A stretch of 64,000 nt of DNA from positions 358 through 64,357 of the forward strand of contig CBFGXL010000004.1 of NCBI GenBank assembly GCA_965652925.1. Reading direction: 5' to 3'. Below, in pieces: positions 19,164-29,532 of the stretch. The position numbers were made by a program, and so were the translations under genes. The notes under the pieces are model-generated. The model worked only from the letters and a program-made list of their open reading frames with translations, was not told where the DNA came from and did not search any database. Origin of the DNA: an uncultured bacterium. GTDB lineage: Bacteria; Patescibacteriota; Minisyncoccia; Phycocordibacterales; UBA918. Position 1 is the stretch's first letter, and every line of letters begins with the position of its first letter.

Positions 19164-20951
19164 TTATTCCTGCAAAAATCCCCCTGCCTGGTGCTTCCAG
19201 AGCCGAGCATAGGTTCCGCCGCGGTTAACAAGTTCAGTGTGACTGCCGCTTTCAGTAATAACTCCTTCCTCAAGAACAATGATACGATCCATTTCACGCA
19301 ATGTCGAAAGGCGGTGAGCGATCGCTATCACTGTTTTGCCCTCCATGAGTACCCGCAGTGCTTTCTGTATTTCCACTTCGCTCTCAGAGTCGAGTGCAGA
19401 AGTCGCCTCATCGAGAATGAGTATAGGAGCATCCTTGAGCATGGCGCGGGCAATTGCTATACGTTGTTTCTGTCCTCCTGAGAGCTTAATGCCGCGCTCG
19501 CCGACGATAGTGTCGTAGCCGTTCTCAAGTTTTATGATGAAATCATGCGCCTGCGCCTTCTGTGCGGCTGCAATCACCTCCTCATCGGTTGCGTCAAGCT
19601 TGCCATACATAATATTCTCTTTGACTGTACGGTGGAACAAAAGCGGCTCCTGCGGCACAACAGCAATATGCTCACGCAATGAATCCTGCGTGACATCACG
19701 TATATCTTGTCCATCAATTGCGATACTACCATCGGTGACATCGTGCTGCCGAAGCAAGAGCGAGACGAACGTGGTCTTACCAGCACCCGAAGGCCCAACC
19801 AAGCCAATGCGCTCACCCCCTTGTATGCTGAGATCAAACGCATTGAAGACACGATGTGCGCCATAGTCAAAGGTTACATTCTTCCACGCGATCTCTCCTG
19901 CTGTTGCTGTAAGCGGTTGCGCGTTTTGCTTGTCTTCAATCTCATAGGACGATAAAAGTTCACTTAACCCTTCTTCCATTTCGCCGTATGCAGCAGACGT
20001 ATCATTGAAAGCTCGGCCAATGAATACGAGCCGATCAGTAAAAGTACTAAAAATGACCAGAACAAGGAGTAGATCCCCCGTCGATATTTCTCCGAGCCTC
20101 CATCGAGCCAACAGCATATACATAATGAGTGCCGCAAACACAAAGAGAACCAGGCTGTTGAGAAACATGGTGATCTCCGAATACCGCCAGCTTGCTTTAT
20201 GTGCAGATCTGTTGAGTCCTGATAGTTCTTTAAGTTTTTTGTTTTCAAAATGCGAGAGCGCGTATTGCCGTACCGCAGCGATGTTCGTGAAGGTATCGAC
20301 AATATAACCGCGCAGTTTTGTTGCACTCTCAGCACTTTCTCTGGAAAGCTGCCGTTTACGCGGCGTGAGCCTCCAGTTAATGCCAATCACGATAAAAATA
20401 AGGACAAAGTATGCAATGGCAGAGTAAATATCAACTGACGCAATAAGGAAGAGAGAAACAATGATACCGACAACAGTCGGAAGATGCGTCCAGAGAAAAT
20501 CGGCAATAATACGTTCTGCTGCATGGACGACATTGCTGACCTTACTCAAAAGCGACCCTGCGAATCTGTTGCTGAAGTATGCGTGGCTATGCTTATTAGC
20601 GTATGAAACGAGCTCATCATATATGTCCTTAAGCATGCCCGTTATCCAGTACATACCGCTGAATCCACTCCCGCGCCACACGAGGCTGATCACAAAATCA
20701 GCAAGCGGATAGGCAATTGCAAGAAGAAATACAAAATCATAACGCTCTCCCTCGATGGCCTCGACTATGTATTTGAATATAAGTGCCAAAAGCCGTGAGC
20801 TGATAGCGCCCACGAGCACGCAGCCGATTGCAATAAAAACCCACACCGCATGCTTCCGCGACATGTGCCACACAAAAGCAAGCGGTGTTTTTGGCAAAAC
20901 GCCATTTTGCTGCGGTATGTATTCTTGTGGCCGCTCCATAGGCATACACAA
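19164..20951 (-). CDS. ABC exporter, fused permease and ATPase
   Basis: TM domain followed by GPSGAGKT, LSGGQKQR and ILDEATSALD; exact start uncertain. Confidence 0.92.
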   Translation of the reverse strand: MCMPMERPQEYIPQQNGVLPKTPLAFVWHMSRKHAVWVFIAIGCVLVGAISSRLLALIFKYIVEAIEGERYDFVFLLAIAYPLADFVISLVWRGSGFSGMYWITGMLKDIYDELVSYANKHSHAYFSNRFAGSLLSKVSNVVHAAERIIADFLWTHLPTVVGIIVSLFLIASVDIYSAIAYFVLIFIVIGINWRLTPRKRQLSRESAESATKLRGYIVDTFTNIAAVRQYALSHFENKKLKELSGLNRSAHKASWRYSEITMFLNSLVLFVFAALIMYMLLARWRLGEISTGDLLLVLVIFSTFTDRLVFIGRAFNDTSAAYGEMEEGLSELLSSYEIEDKQNAQPLTATAGEIAWKNVTFDYGAHRVFNAFDLSIQGGERIGLVGPSGAGKTTFVSLLLRQHDVTDGSIAIDGQDIRDVTQDSLREHIAVVPQEPLLFHRTVKENIMYGKLDATDEEVIAAAQKAQAHDFIIKLENGYDTIVGERGIKLSGGQKQRIAIARAMLKDAPILILDEATSALDSESEVEIQKALRVLMEGKTVIAIAHRLSTLREMDRIIVLEEGVITESGSHTELVNRGGTYARLWKHQAGGFLQE

Positions 20952-20983
20952 TACACCAAGCTGAATAATTTGCGATGAAAACG

Positions 20984-21547
20984 TTATGTGAGCGCCTTTC
21001 TGAGATCAGACTCAGTTATCTCTCCCTCGCGCAATATGGTGAACTCTTCATCAACAACTCGCACGATAGTTGAAGCCAATCCTTTGCGCGGACCATCATC
21101 GATCACTTTACTAATGAGATGCGCCCGAGAGCCAAATTGTTGCAGTATCTCACCAACTGTTGGGAGCGTGGGGGCGCCGCTTACGTTTGCGCTGGTACAA
21201 GTAAGCGGCGCATCATACTCATCCATGAACGATGTAATGAGTGTTTGAGCGTGTGGATCGCTTGATATGCGGAAGCCGATGGTGCGGTCCTTAGCAACAA
21301 ATTCGTCCGATATGTGAAGTTTTGCTTTCAAAACAAGCGTGAGCGACCCTGGCAGAAAATGCTCCGCGATGCGCACAGCATAGGGCGGTAGTTCAGCATA
21401 GCGGGCGATATCATCGAGACTACGGACGAGCCAGCTTGCTGCCTTGTTTCTGTCCCGCTCTTTGAGCGTGAAAAGCACATTAAGTTCCTGCGTATCTAAC
21501 GCATTCGCACCAAGCGCATACAGCGTTTCAGTGGGATAGAGAATCAT
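20984..21547 (-). CDS. tsaC: L-threonylcarbamoyladenylate synthase (Sua5/YrdC)
   Basis: YPTETLYALG, LKER, TSANVSG, STIV. Confidence 0.92.
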   Translation of the reverse strand: MILYPTETLYALGANALDTQELNVLFTLKERDRNKAASWLVRSLDDIARYAELPPYAVRIAEHFLPGSLTLVLKAKLHISDEFVAKDRTIGFRISSDPHAQTLITSFMDEYDAPLTCTSANVSGAPTLPTVGEILQQFGSRAHLISKVIDDGPRKGLASTIVRVVDEEFTILREGEITESDLRKALT

Positions 21548-21626
21548 CTGAGTACTGTACTCCTCCCTCCCGCAATTTCAAGAAAAAGAAAATGCCAGCG
21601 TCCTTCCGAAGAAATACGCTGGCACG

Positions 21627-21848
21627 TCAGTAGCCGCTGAGGCGGCTGAAGAAATAGAACTTTTTGCCGTCGATGATCAGTGAGTACATGTAGGTGTACT
21701 CATGATGACGCTTATCGACGTCGCGCGTAAGCGAGACGTAGAGTTCGCCCATCCCTTCGATCCGACGGATCTCTCCATCGGTAAGCGGAAACGCAGTCAT
21801 CTGGTTCTTGATGAGCTGCTGCATAGGCTGAGTCGGGATCATGTTCAT
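21627..21848 (-). CDS. Small hypothetical protein
   Basis: 73 aa; ATGA overlap with the upstream kinase gene; followed by a hairpin. Confidence 0.55.
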   Translation of the reverse strand: MNMIPTQPMQQLIKNQMTAFPLTDGEIRRIEGMGELYVSLTRDVDKRHHEYTYMYSLIIDGKKFYFFSRLSGY

Positions 21849-22753
21849 ACGCCCCTGTTTGACGCTATTCGTGCTTTAAGTGCACGATTTACCTCACTAA
21901 TAGTACCATAATCATCGGAATATGTAAAGGTGTCTCCCGCCATCTCTTTCCGGTACGCAAATTCCTCGATTTCCGCCCGTCCTGAAAGTCCAAAATCAAT
22001 GATATAGCCTTGTTTATCGCCCTCTTGTAGCTCCATTTTTTGGGTGATCATAATATTTCCGAAGTGCATATCCCGGTGATAGAGATGATTCTCATGGAAC
22101 TGGTCAATGAGCGTGCACAGTTCTCTGCAAAATACATCGGGGTCAAGCCAAGGCGGCACAAATCCTTTGCTGTGGAGTATGTCATCGAGGCTCGCTGCAG
22201 GAAGCTTTTCCATCGCAATAAGCTTCTTGTCCCCAATCTCAAGACTATAGAATGGGATCGGCACGCCGATCTTGCTTTCACTTTGAGTAGCCACGTCGTA
22301 AAACTGTTCGTGCAATTCCGCTTCTTCTTGTATAGGGTTGCGACCTCGAGGCGTTTTTTCCGCCGTGGCAAATTTATAGCATATCTCAGGAGGGATGTTA
22401 CGTATTTCGTTCTTGAATATGACAACCACTGCATCACCCCCCTGCCCGATCTTCTGCTGATTCTGCCACACGGTCTCAACAGTGGACTGAAGACCCTCAG
22501 GACTGAGCTCGCTCATTTCTATGCCTTCTATAGTCTTCAGTCCCTTAAATGATGTACTCGCTTCAATACGCTTCCGTATGCGCTCTTGTACAAAGGCAAG
22601 TGCCTCCTTTGCTGATTCAGCATTTTCAATACGTTCCCGATTTGCGGAATTTTCAATAAGAAATTTGTTGGCAGGATCTTCAAGAAGTGTATCGAGCTTA
22701 TCCTGTGCCTGAGATTCGGTAAGTGCGGGGTTTCCGGGTAGTGCTTCTTTCAT
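21845..22753 (-). CDS. Protein kinase-like protein
   Basis: IGQGGDAVV Gly-loop, CYK, HRDMHFGN catalytic loop, IDFG. Confidence 0.85.
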   Translation of the reverse strand: MKEALPGNPALTESQAQDKLDTLLEDPANKFLIENSANRERIENAESAKEALAFVQERIRKRIEASTSFKGLKTIEGIEMSELSPEGLQSTVETVWQNQQKIGQGGDAVVVIFKNEIRNIPPEICYKFATAEKTPRGRNPIQEEAELHEQFYDVATQSESKIGVPIPFYSLEIGDKKLIAMEKLPAASLDDILHSKGFVPPWLDPDVFCRELCTLIDQFHENHLYHRDMHFGNIMITQKMELQEGDKQGYIIDFGLSGRAEIEEFAYRKEMAGDTFTYSDDYGTISEVNRALKARIASNRGV

Positions 22754-22797
22754 GTATTTAACATCATCGATGGATATGCTACTATCCTATCACTTTT

Positions 22798-22870
22798 GCG
22801 CGGTTAGCTCAGCTGGTAGAGCATCACATTGACATTGTGGGGGTCACAGGTTCAAGTCCTGTATCGCGCA
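22798..22870 (+). tRNA. tRNA-Val (GAC)
   Basis: Cloverleaf; TCACA-TTGACAT-TGTGG; T-loop TTCAAGT. Confidence 0.95.
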
Positions 22871-23017
22871 CAAACGGGGCACCCTAATGGGTGCCTTTGC
22901 CGTTTGTGCGCGATACAGGACTTGAACGGCGGAGCGATGTGAGTGAAGCGAACCAGCGAGCCGTGTCCCGCGGCACTTATGAACGGATGCGAATTAGTGA
23001 CCATCAGGACAAGTCCT
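22871..23017 (+). repeat. tRNA-trailer element (module B) of tRNA-Val
   Basis: 22900-22927 is the exact reverse complement of 22850-22877; module at 22928-23010; ends in T-arm copy CAAGTCCT. Confidence 0.85.
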
Positions 23018-23074
23018 AGAGAAGACTTATATGAATCAAGTCCATTCTTTTCTTTAAATGCTATACTTCCCCAC

Positions 23075-23929
23075 ATGGAAAACCTTAAGAAAATAGTGGT
23101 CATCTACCATGACCAATGCCGCGACGGTTTTGGCGCGGCATACGCAGCCTGGAAGAAGTTCGGTGATGACGCAAGCTACATCCCTCGCAAGACACAGGAC
23201 CCTGCCCCAGAAGGACTGCAAGACAAGGATATTTTCATTGTCGACTACAGCTACAAGAAACCTGTACTTGAGGATCTACAAAAGAACAACAGATCAGTTG
23301 TCGTCATTGATCACCATGAAACTGCAAAAGAAGCGGTACAGTCATTTAAAGAAAATGTCTTCGACATGGGACACTCTGGTGCAGTGCTTGCCTGGAAGTA
23401 TTTCCATCCAAAAACCGAAGTGCCAAAACTCCTCCTTTATATTGAGGACCATGATCTCTGGAAATTTGAAATGGAGTTCAACCGCGAATTCGGCGCAGCG
23501 CTTGGAGAGTACAACCAGGACTTTGAGACATGGGATCAGCTGAATAAAAATCTCGAAGACAGAGAACACTTCAACAAGTTCATATCGCACGGAGCAACCA
23601 TTGCCGGATTTGAAGATAAGCTGGTGCAAAAACTCGTTTCATTCAAGGAGAAAGTGCTTTTTGAAGGACATGAGATCTTCGCCGTGAACTGTTCCCGAAT
23701 ATATCGATCAATTGTTGCACACGAGCTTTCCAACCTCAACGGAAAAGAAGGCGGCCTAGAAATGGCGATCGTCTACTACCGGTACGATGGACAAGTACAC
23801 TGTTCACTTCGCAGCAATGGAGACGTCGACGTGCGGGCAATGGCAGAGAAATACGGCGGAGGAGGACACAAAAACGCTGCAAGCATTCGCGTTGCCTCAT
23901 TTGAGGAACTGCCATTCACTTTTCTTTAA
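23075..23929 (+). CDS. DHH/DHHA1 family phosphoesterase
   Basis: YHDQCRDG, IVDY, IDHH, DHDLW, SLRS, GGGGHKNAA. Confidence 0.9.
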   Translation: MENLKKIVVIYHDQCRDGFGAAYAAWKKFGDDASYIPRKTQDPAPEGLQDKDIFIVDYSYKKPVLEDLQKNNRSVVVIDHHETAKEAVQSFKENVFDMGHSGAVLAWKYFHPKTEVPKLLLYIEDHDLWKFEMEFNREFGAALGEYNQDFETWDQLNKNLEDREHFNKFISHGATIAGFEDKLVQKLVSFKEKVLFEGHEIFAVNCSRIYRSIVAHELSNLNGKEGGLEMAIVYYRYDGQVHCSLRSNGDVDVRAMAEKYGGGGHKNAASIRVASFEELPFTFL

Positions 23930-23948
23930 AATGCGGTAAAGTGCTCTG

Positions 23949-25121
23949 ATGCGTATTTTGAGCATCGAAACCTCGTGTGACGAAACAGCCATAAGCATCG
24001 TTGAAGCAACGGGCGAATTTCCTGATGCGACCTATGAAATCCTCGGGAATGCACTTTATTCCCAAGTAGAGATACACCAAGAGTATGGTGGAGTCTTCCC
24101 TGCGCTCGCTAAACGTGAGCATATCAAGACAGTTCTGCCCATGTTGCAGAAAGCACTTGCGGAGGCAGAATTACTTCACCAAACGCAGCAGTCACTGGAG
24201 GAAACTACCAAAGAAAAGCTCGTGAAACTCCTGGAGCGTGAGGAAGGGCTTGCAACTGAACTCATCACATTCTTTGAGCAGTATGAGATACCGCAGATTG
24301 ATCTCATTGCGGTGACCTCAGGCCCTGGGCTTGAGCCAGCATTATGGGTTGGTGTGAACTTTGCAAAGGCACTCAGCGCAGTGCTTGAAGCGCCGGTTAT
24401 GCCGATCAACCATATGGAAGGACATATCCTCGCCTCTCTATTTGATGTGGTTGAGGACGATAAACTTGCACACGTGCAGTTTCCAGCAATCGCACTATTG
24501 ATCTCTGGAGGACACACAGAACTGGTGCTCATGAAAAACTGGGTCACCTACGAAAAAATAGGAGCAACTAAAGACGATGCGGTTGGTGAAGCGTTCGATA
24601 AGGTGGCACGGATGATGGGTCTTCCCTACCCAGGTGGGCCAGAGATAAGCATCAGAGCAAAAGAAGCGCGTGAGCGTATGCTTCCTCCGTATAAAGCGGA
24701 TCTGCCGCGCCCGATGCTCCATTCAAATGATCTCTCCTTCTCTTTCTCAGGACTAAAGACATCAGTGCGCTACGCTATTGAAGGCAAGAGTCTTACTGAA
24801 GACGAAGCAAAGGCGCTGTGCCGGGACTTTGAAGATGCAGTCACACAGGTATTACTTAAGAAGACACAAGATGCGCTGACACAGTACGGTGCACACACCC
24901 TCATCATCGGCGGCGGAGTAAGCGCCAATGAACACATCAGACGGACTTTCCAGATAGAACTTCTTTCTTCTCATCCTGATGTTGAGGTCTACATTCCGCA
25001 GCCGAAGCTTTCAACCGACAACAGCATCATGATCGCTCTCTCTGGACATGCACACAAAGAACACGCGAGCAGCGCCGGAGCGATCGCTCTGATTAAAGCT
25101 GATGGAAATAAGTCGCTCTAA
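23949..25121 (+). CDS. tsaD: tRNA N6-adenosine threonylcarbamoyltransferase
   Basis: IETSCDET, HMEGH, SGGHT, DDAVGEAFDK, FSFSGLKT. Confidence 0.97.
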   Translation: MRILSIETSCDETAISIVEATGEFPDATYEILGNALYSQVEIHQEYGGVFPALAKREHIKTVLPMLQKALAEAELLHQTQQSLEETTKEKLVKLLEREEGLATELITFFEQYEIPQIDLIAVTSGPGLEPALWVGVNFAKALSAVLEAPVMPINHMEGHILASLFDVVEDDKLAHVQFPAIALLISGGHTELVLMKNWVTYEKIGATKDDAVGEAFDKVARMMGLPYPGGPEISIRAKEARERMLPPYKADLPRPMLHSNDLSFSFSGLKTSVRYAIEGKSLTEDEAKALCRDFEDAVTQVLLKKTQDALTQYGAHTLIIGGGVSANEHIRRTFQIELLSSHPDVEVYIPQPKLSTDNSIMIALSGHAHKEHASSAGAIALIKADGNKSL

Positions 25122-25164
25122 AGCCCTTCAATAAGGGCTTTTTTCGTGCTACTATCGCCCTTAT

Positions 25165-27327
25165 ATGAGCGAAGAAAAAAGCACTATTCCTGAGGTTTTT
25201 CTTAAGCCTTACGAACCAACTGACCACGAAAGACGCATCTACGCGCTCTGGGAGGAATCAGGTTATTTCAATCCTGATAACCTGCCTGGAGATCGCACTA
25301 CCCCGTTTTCTATCGTGATGCCCCCGCCAAACGCTAATGGCTCACTTCATGCAGGCCACGCCCTCTTTGTGACCATCCAAGACATCATGATGCGTTTTAA
25401 GCGCATGCAAGGGTATAAAGCGCTCTGGCTTCCCGGAGCCGACCACGCGGGCTTTGAGACACAGGTAGTATACGAAAAGAAGCTTGAGAAAGAGGGTCGT
25501 TCACGTTTTTCTATGGATCCGCAGGATCTCTACAAGGAGATCATGGATTTTACACTCTCCAACAAATCGTTCATGGAGAATCAAATACGTGAGCTTGGCG
25601 CTTCGTGCGACTGGAGCCGTGAACTCTTCACACTTGATGATTCAGTCATCAAGATCGTGTACGACACCTTCAAGAAACTCGATGAGGATGGCCTCCTTTA
25701 CCGTGGGGCTCGGAGCGTAAACTGGTGCCCAAAGCACCAGACCTCTCTCTCGAACCTTGAGACGGTGCACAACGAACGCACTGACAAGTTCTACTACTTC
25801 CAATACGGACCATTTGTGATCGGTACTGCGCGTCCTGAAACAAAATTCGGCGACAAGTATGTTGTCATGCATCCAGATGATGCTCGATATAAAGACTTTG
25901 CTCACGGGCAAAAGATTGAGCTTGAGTGGATTAATGGCCCTATTACCGCAACGGTCATCAAGGATGAAGCAGGCGATCCTGAGATGGGTACTGGTGTGAT
26001 GACCATTACCCCGTGGCATTCAGGCATTGACTTTGAGATCGCAAAACGTCACAACCTCGACTACGAGCAGATCATCGATTGGCGCGGGAAGCTCCTCCCT
26101 ATTGCGGGAGAATTTGCTGGCATGAGCATCACTGAAGCTCGGGAGAAGATCGTTGAGAAACTGAAGGAGAAAGGGCTTTTGGTGAAGATCGATGAGAACT
26201 ACAGCCATGCTGTCCCTTGCTGTTACAAATGCGAGCGGGAGATCGAGCCGCAGATCAGGGAGCAGTGGTTCGTAAGAATGGAACCGCTAGCACAGAAAGC
26301 GCTCGAAGCTGCTGATCGGAAGGAAGTTACATTCGTTACCGACCGTGACGAACGCGTCTTCCGCGACTGGATGGAAAAGATCGAAGATTGGAATATCTCC
26401 CGCCAGATCGTCTGGGGAATCAAGATCCCCGCAAAGATCTGTACTGCATGCGATCATGGCATGGTAGATCTCGACGATACGGTGACTGTATGCACCAAGT
26501 GCGGAGGTGAGGTCGTGCCTGACCCTGACACGTTTGATACCTGGTTCTCAAGCGGACAGTGGCCGCTTGCGACCACCCGCTTCCCAGAGAGCGACGATTT
26601 CAAAACTTACTACCCTACGTCTGTGATGGAAACAGGAAAAGATATCCTCTTCTTCTGGGTATCCCGCATGATCATGTTGGGGATCTACCGCACAGGTAAG
26701 GTGCCGTTTAAGAAGGTGTACCTGCACGGCATGGTGCGCGACAAACATGGCAAAAAGATGAGTAAGTCGAAGGGCAATGTGATCGCACCGAGCGAGATAC
26801 AGGAGAAGTACGGCACTGATGCGCTCCGCATGGGACTGGTTGTCAACAACGCTCCAGGCACCGACATGAACCTCGACCCAGACAAGGTCAATGCGTACAA
26901 GAAATTTGGCAACAAGCTCTGGAACATCACACGTTTCGTCCTCGATGCCACAAGTGATTTTACTCATGATCGCAATACAGAATTGTCTGAAACAGAAATC
27001 CAAATCAGAAACCGTCTCAATGAAGTTGTTGGGGAGATAACTGAGTATATGAATAAGGATCGGTTCGATCTTGCAAGTGAAAAGATATATCAGTACGTCT
27101 GGACAGAACTTGCTGACAAGATACTCGAAGAATCAAAACCACTACTTTCTGGCGAGGACCAGAATGCAAGAAAGGCACGTCAATATGTTCTTTCTGAGTG
27201 TCTTACCACATCACTAAAGATGCTTCACCCATATATGCCGTTCATCACAGAGACCATCTGGCAGCAACTTCCAAAAGACATGAAGGATAGTGAACTGCTC
27301 ATGGTGGCAACCTGGCCAAAGCTCTAA
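25165..27327 (+). CDS. valS: Valine--tRNA ligase (short form)
   Basis: PPPNANGSLHAGHA (HIGH), DWNISRQ, DTWFSS, KMSKSKGN. Confidence 0.95.
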   Translation: MSEEKSTIPEVFLKPYEPTDHERRIYALWEESGYFNPDNLPGDRTTPFSIVMPPPNANGSLHAGHALFVTIQDIMMRFKRMQGYKALWLPGADHAGFETQVVYEKKLEKEGRSRFSMDPQDLYKEIMDFTLSNKSFMENQIRELGASCDWSRELFTLDDSVIKIVYDTFKKLDEDGLLYRGARSVNWCPKHQTSLSNLETVHNERTDKFYYFQYGPFVIGTARPETKFGDKYVVMHPDDARYKDFAHGQKIELEWINGPITATVIKDEAGDPEMGTGVMTITPWHSGIDFEIAKRHNLDYEQIIDWRGKLLPIAGEFAGMSITEAREKIVEKLKEKGLLVKIDENYSHAVPCCYKCEREIEPQIREQWFVRMEPLAQKALEAADRKEVTFVTDRDERVFRDWMEKIEDWNISRQIVWGIKIPAKICTACDHGMVDLDDTVTVCTKCGGEVVPDPDTFDTWFSSGQWPLATTRFPESDDFKTYYPTSVMETGKDILFFWVSRMIMLGIYRTGKVPFKKVYLHGMVRDKHGKKMSKSKGNVIAPSEIQEKYGTDALRMGLVVNNAPGTDMNLDPDKVNAYKKFGNKLWNITRFVLDATSDFTHDRNTELSETEIQIRNRLNEVVGEITEYMNKDRFDLASEKIYQYVWTELADKILEESKPLLSGEDQNARKARQYVLSECLTTSLKMLHPYMPFITETIWQQLPKDMKDSELLMVATWPKL

Positions 27328-27390
27328 AAACAACCCACAGCAAGACGGTGCGGACAAAAGTCCGCACCGTCTTGCTGTTACAATAGAAGT

Positions 27391-28095
27391 ATGGAGTCGA
27401 CAAATTTCGCCATCGCATTTTTAGGCGGCTTAATACCCGCTCTTTTCTGGCTCTGGTTCTGGCTGCGCGAAGACAAGGAACGGCCTGAACCATACTTGTT
27501 GGTTGCAATCGCGTTCATCGGCGGCATGATGGTCGTGCCTTTGGCACTACCGCTTCAAAAACTTGCCCTCGACACCTATACAGGCGACAATCTCATCTTC
27601 GTTTGGGTCATTATCGAAGAAGTACTTAAGTATGCCGCCGCACTTTTGATGATCCTTTGGAACAAGGCAGTTGATGAGCCTATTGATGTCATCATCTACA
27701 TGATCACTATTGCGCTTGGATTCGCGGCGCTTGAGAACGCTCTGTTCATCTTTAATCCCCTTACTACTGGGGATTTTGCAGGTTCGGCACTCACCGGATT
27801 CTTCCGATTTGTAGGTGCAACACTGCTCCACGTACTCGCGTCGGGAACTGTTGGCGCATTTTTGGCTCTTGCCTTCTTCAAAAGCAGCGCGGCTAAACTT
27901 GCTCTGGGTTCTCTTGGGTTGTTCATCGGCATTGTATTGCATGCCCTATTCAACTTTTTTATAATGGATGCAAGCGGAGAAACCATTTTAGGCGTGTTTC
28001 TCTTCGTATGGATGGGCATTATCGTCCTCTTCCTCATCTTTGAGAAAGTGAAGATCCTTGAAGCGCGGCATAATGCGCAACAAATCATTAAATAA
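27391..28095 (+). CDS. PrsW family intramembrane metalloprotease
   Basis: IIEEVLK, GFAALEN, LH and LHALFN motifs. Confidence 0.9.
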   Translation: MESTNFAIAFLGGLIPALFWLWFWLREDKERPEPYLLVAIAFIGGMMVVPLALPLQKLALDTYTGDNLIFVWVIIEEVLKYAAALLMILWNKAVDEPIDVIIYMITIALGFAALENALFIFNPLTTGDFAGSALTGFFRFVGATLLHVLASGTVGAFLALAFFKSSAAKLALGSLGLFIGIVLHALFNFFIMDASGETILGVFLFVWMGIIVLFLIFEKVKILEARHNAQQIIK

Positions 28096-28096
28096 C

Positions 28097-28600
28097 ATGA
28101 AAAAACCATCATTTTTAGAGCGACTCACCGGTTCAGTCAAAACCGACAAATACGATGACGTCCTTGATGATGATCATGAGTTCGGTTCTGAAGAGACCCC
28201 ATCCCAATACGAAGAGGAATCTGATTGGCATGGACAGGAAGGACCTGATGATGAGGAGCAAGACGGCGAATTGCCAGTAGATATGTATCAGACAGGTGAT
28301 GCTATTGTCATACGCGCACTCGTTGCCGGAGTTTCTCCTGACGACCTTGATATTGCAATAACACGCGATATGGTCACCATCAAAGGATCACGTGAAGAAT
28401 ATAAAGAAGCAGCAAATGATGACTACTACCATCGTGAACTGTTCTGGGGCTCATTTTCACGAACCCTCCTTCTTCCTGAGGAAGTTGTCATAGACGAGGC
28501 GGAAGCACAGGAAAAACACGGACTCCTTGAGATACGATTGCCAAAGGTTGATAAAGGGCGAAGTACACGATTGAAGGTAAAGCCGCATGCTCCTAAATAA
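28097..28600 (+). CDS. Hsp20/alpha-crystallin family protein
   Basis: PVDMYQT, RELFWGSFSRTLLLP, GLLEIRLPK; acidic N-terminus. Confidence 0.92.
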   Translation: MKKPSFLERLTGSVKTDKYDDVLDDDHEFGSEETPSQYEEESDWHGQEGPDDEEQDGELPVDMYQTGDAIVIRALVAGVSPDDLDIAITRDMVTIKGSREEYKEAANDDYYHRELFWGSFSRTLLLPEEVVIDEAEAQEKHGLLEIRLPKVDKGRSTRLKVKPHAPK

Positions 28601-28635
28601 AAGAAAGGCCGCCTCTGTGTGGCCTTTCTTTTATT
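28600..28635. terminator. Bidirectional terminator
   Basis: AAAGAAAGGCCGC-CTCTG-TGGCCTTTCTTTT. Confidence 0.75.
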
Positions 28636-29221
28636 TGTTTCTGTTTACCCACCAACTATCTTGCTTCTCTTTGAACCACCAGCGGTCTGAGTCAATGGTA
28701 AGCATGACCTCTGCGATCTTCTTTGCTTCTTCAGTCTTCAAGCGCTGTGCTGCAGGTTCGATCCACGTTTTTGCACGCTCGTTGCCTATATCGTACTGTT
28801 CTTTCAAGCAGAAGATGAATTCAAGATTATCTGCATCTTTTACCAAAGTTGATTCAACCGATTCTCGTTCTTCATACTCATCGATAAGCGCCTTCATGTC
28901 ATCTCCAAAAGGAAGCGGTGCAACAACATCCGCATGCGCTTTTTCTTCCAGACGCTCTGTATACTTTTGATGTACGTAGTTGAGGTCAGAGATACGGGAT
29001 TCTGAGATGTCGTGGAAAAGACATAATTGTACAACTTTCCCCACATCGACTCCGCCATGCATCTTGGCCAGACAGTAACCTATGTAGCAGACACGGTTTA
29101 TATGTTCAGCAACGCTCTGTTCGCCGGAGCCCAAAAAGAAAAAACCGCTTCGTGGCGTTTTTGAAAGCATGCCTACCTCATAGAGAAAATCTGCAACACT
29201 CTCAATGTCATCTTTGTTCAT
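28631..29221 (-). CDS. HD domain phosphohydrolase (YfbR-like)
   Basis: RSG, QSVAEH, FHDISE, KDADNLE. Confidence 0.9.
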   Translation of the reverse strand: MNKDDIESVADFLYEVGMLSKTPRSGFFFLGSGEQSVAEHINRVCYIGYCLAKMHGGVDVGKVVQLCLFHDISESRISDLNYVHQKYTERLEEKAHADVVAPLPFGDDMKALIDEYEERESVESTLVKDADNLEFIFCLKEQYDIGNERAKTWIEPAAQRLKTEEAKKIAEVMLTIDSDRWWFKEKQDSWWVNRNK

Positions 29222-29249
29222 GAGAAGTAGGATAGCACAAACTATTGCC

Positions 29250-29532
29250 GAGGTCAGGTTCGGTCACAAGTTACTAAATCAAGACCAGGCTCGTCCTGAC
29301 GGTCTTTACTTATGGTCACGAATCACTAAGTATATTTGTTCGCATTCGCTCCAAATCTACTAAGTCAGGCTCGTCCTGACGGTCTCTAAGCTCGCAAGCT
29401 CGCTAAGAGCCGCGGGACACGCCTCACTCGCCTAGCGGCATCGTTCCGGCGTTCGAGCCTGACCTCACTGTGCGCAGGCACAGTGCTCTCTGAGCACAAA
29501 TGAAAACAGCCCCTCGGGGCTGTTTTCATTTG
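29250..29532 (-). repeat. Compound tRNA-trailer element (module B plus remnants of A and B) of tRNA-Phe
   Basis: 26-bp inverted repeat 29488-29513/29516-29541; anti-T arm 29451-29463; T-arm copies at 29364, 29286 and 29253; 20-bp direct repeat at 29286/29366. Confidence 0.85.

Noticed and set aside
22928-23010. Trailer modules as hammerhead or HDV-like ribozymes
   Set aside because: No CTGANGA/GAAA core and no nested double pseudoknot identifiable by eye; a new ribozyme class is not excluded.
29250-29470. CRISPR array
   Set aside because: Only two 20-bp repeats, irregular spacing, spacers are themselves related modules, and no cas genes are present.
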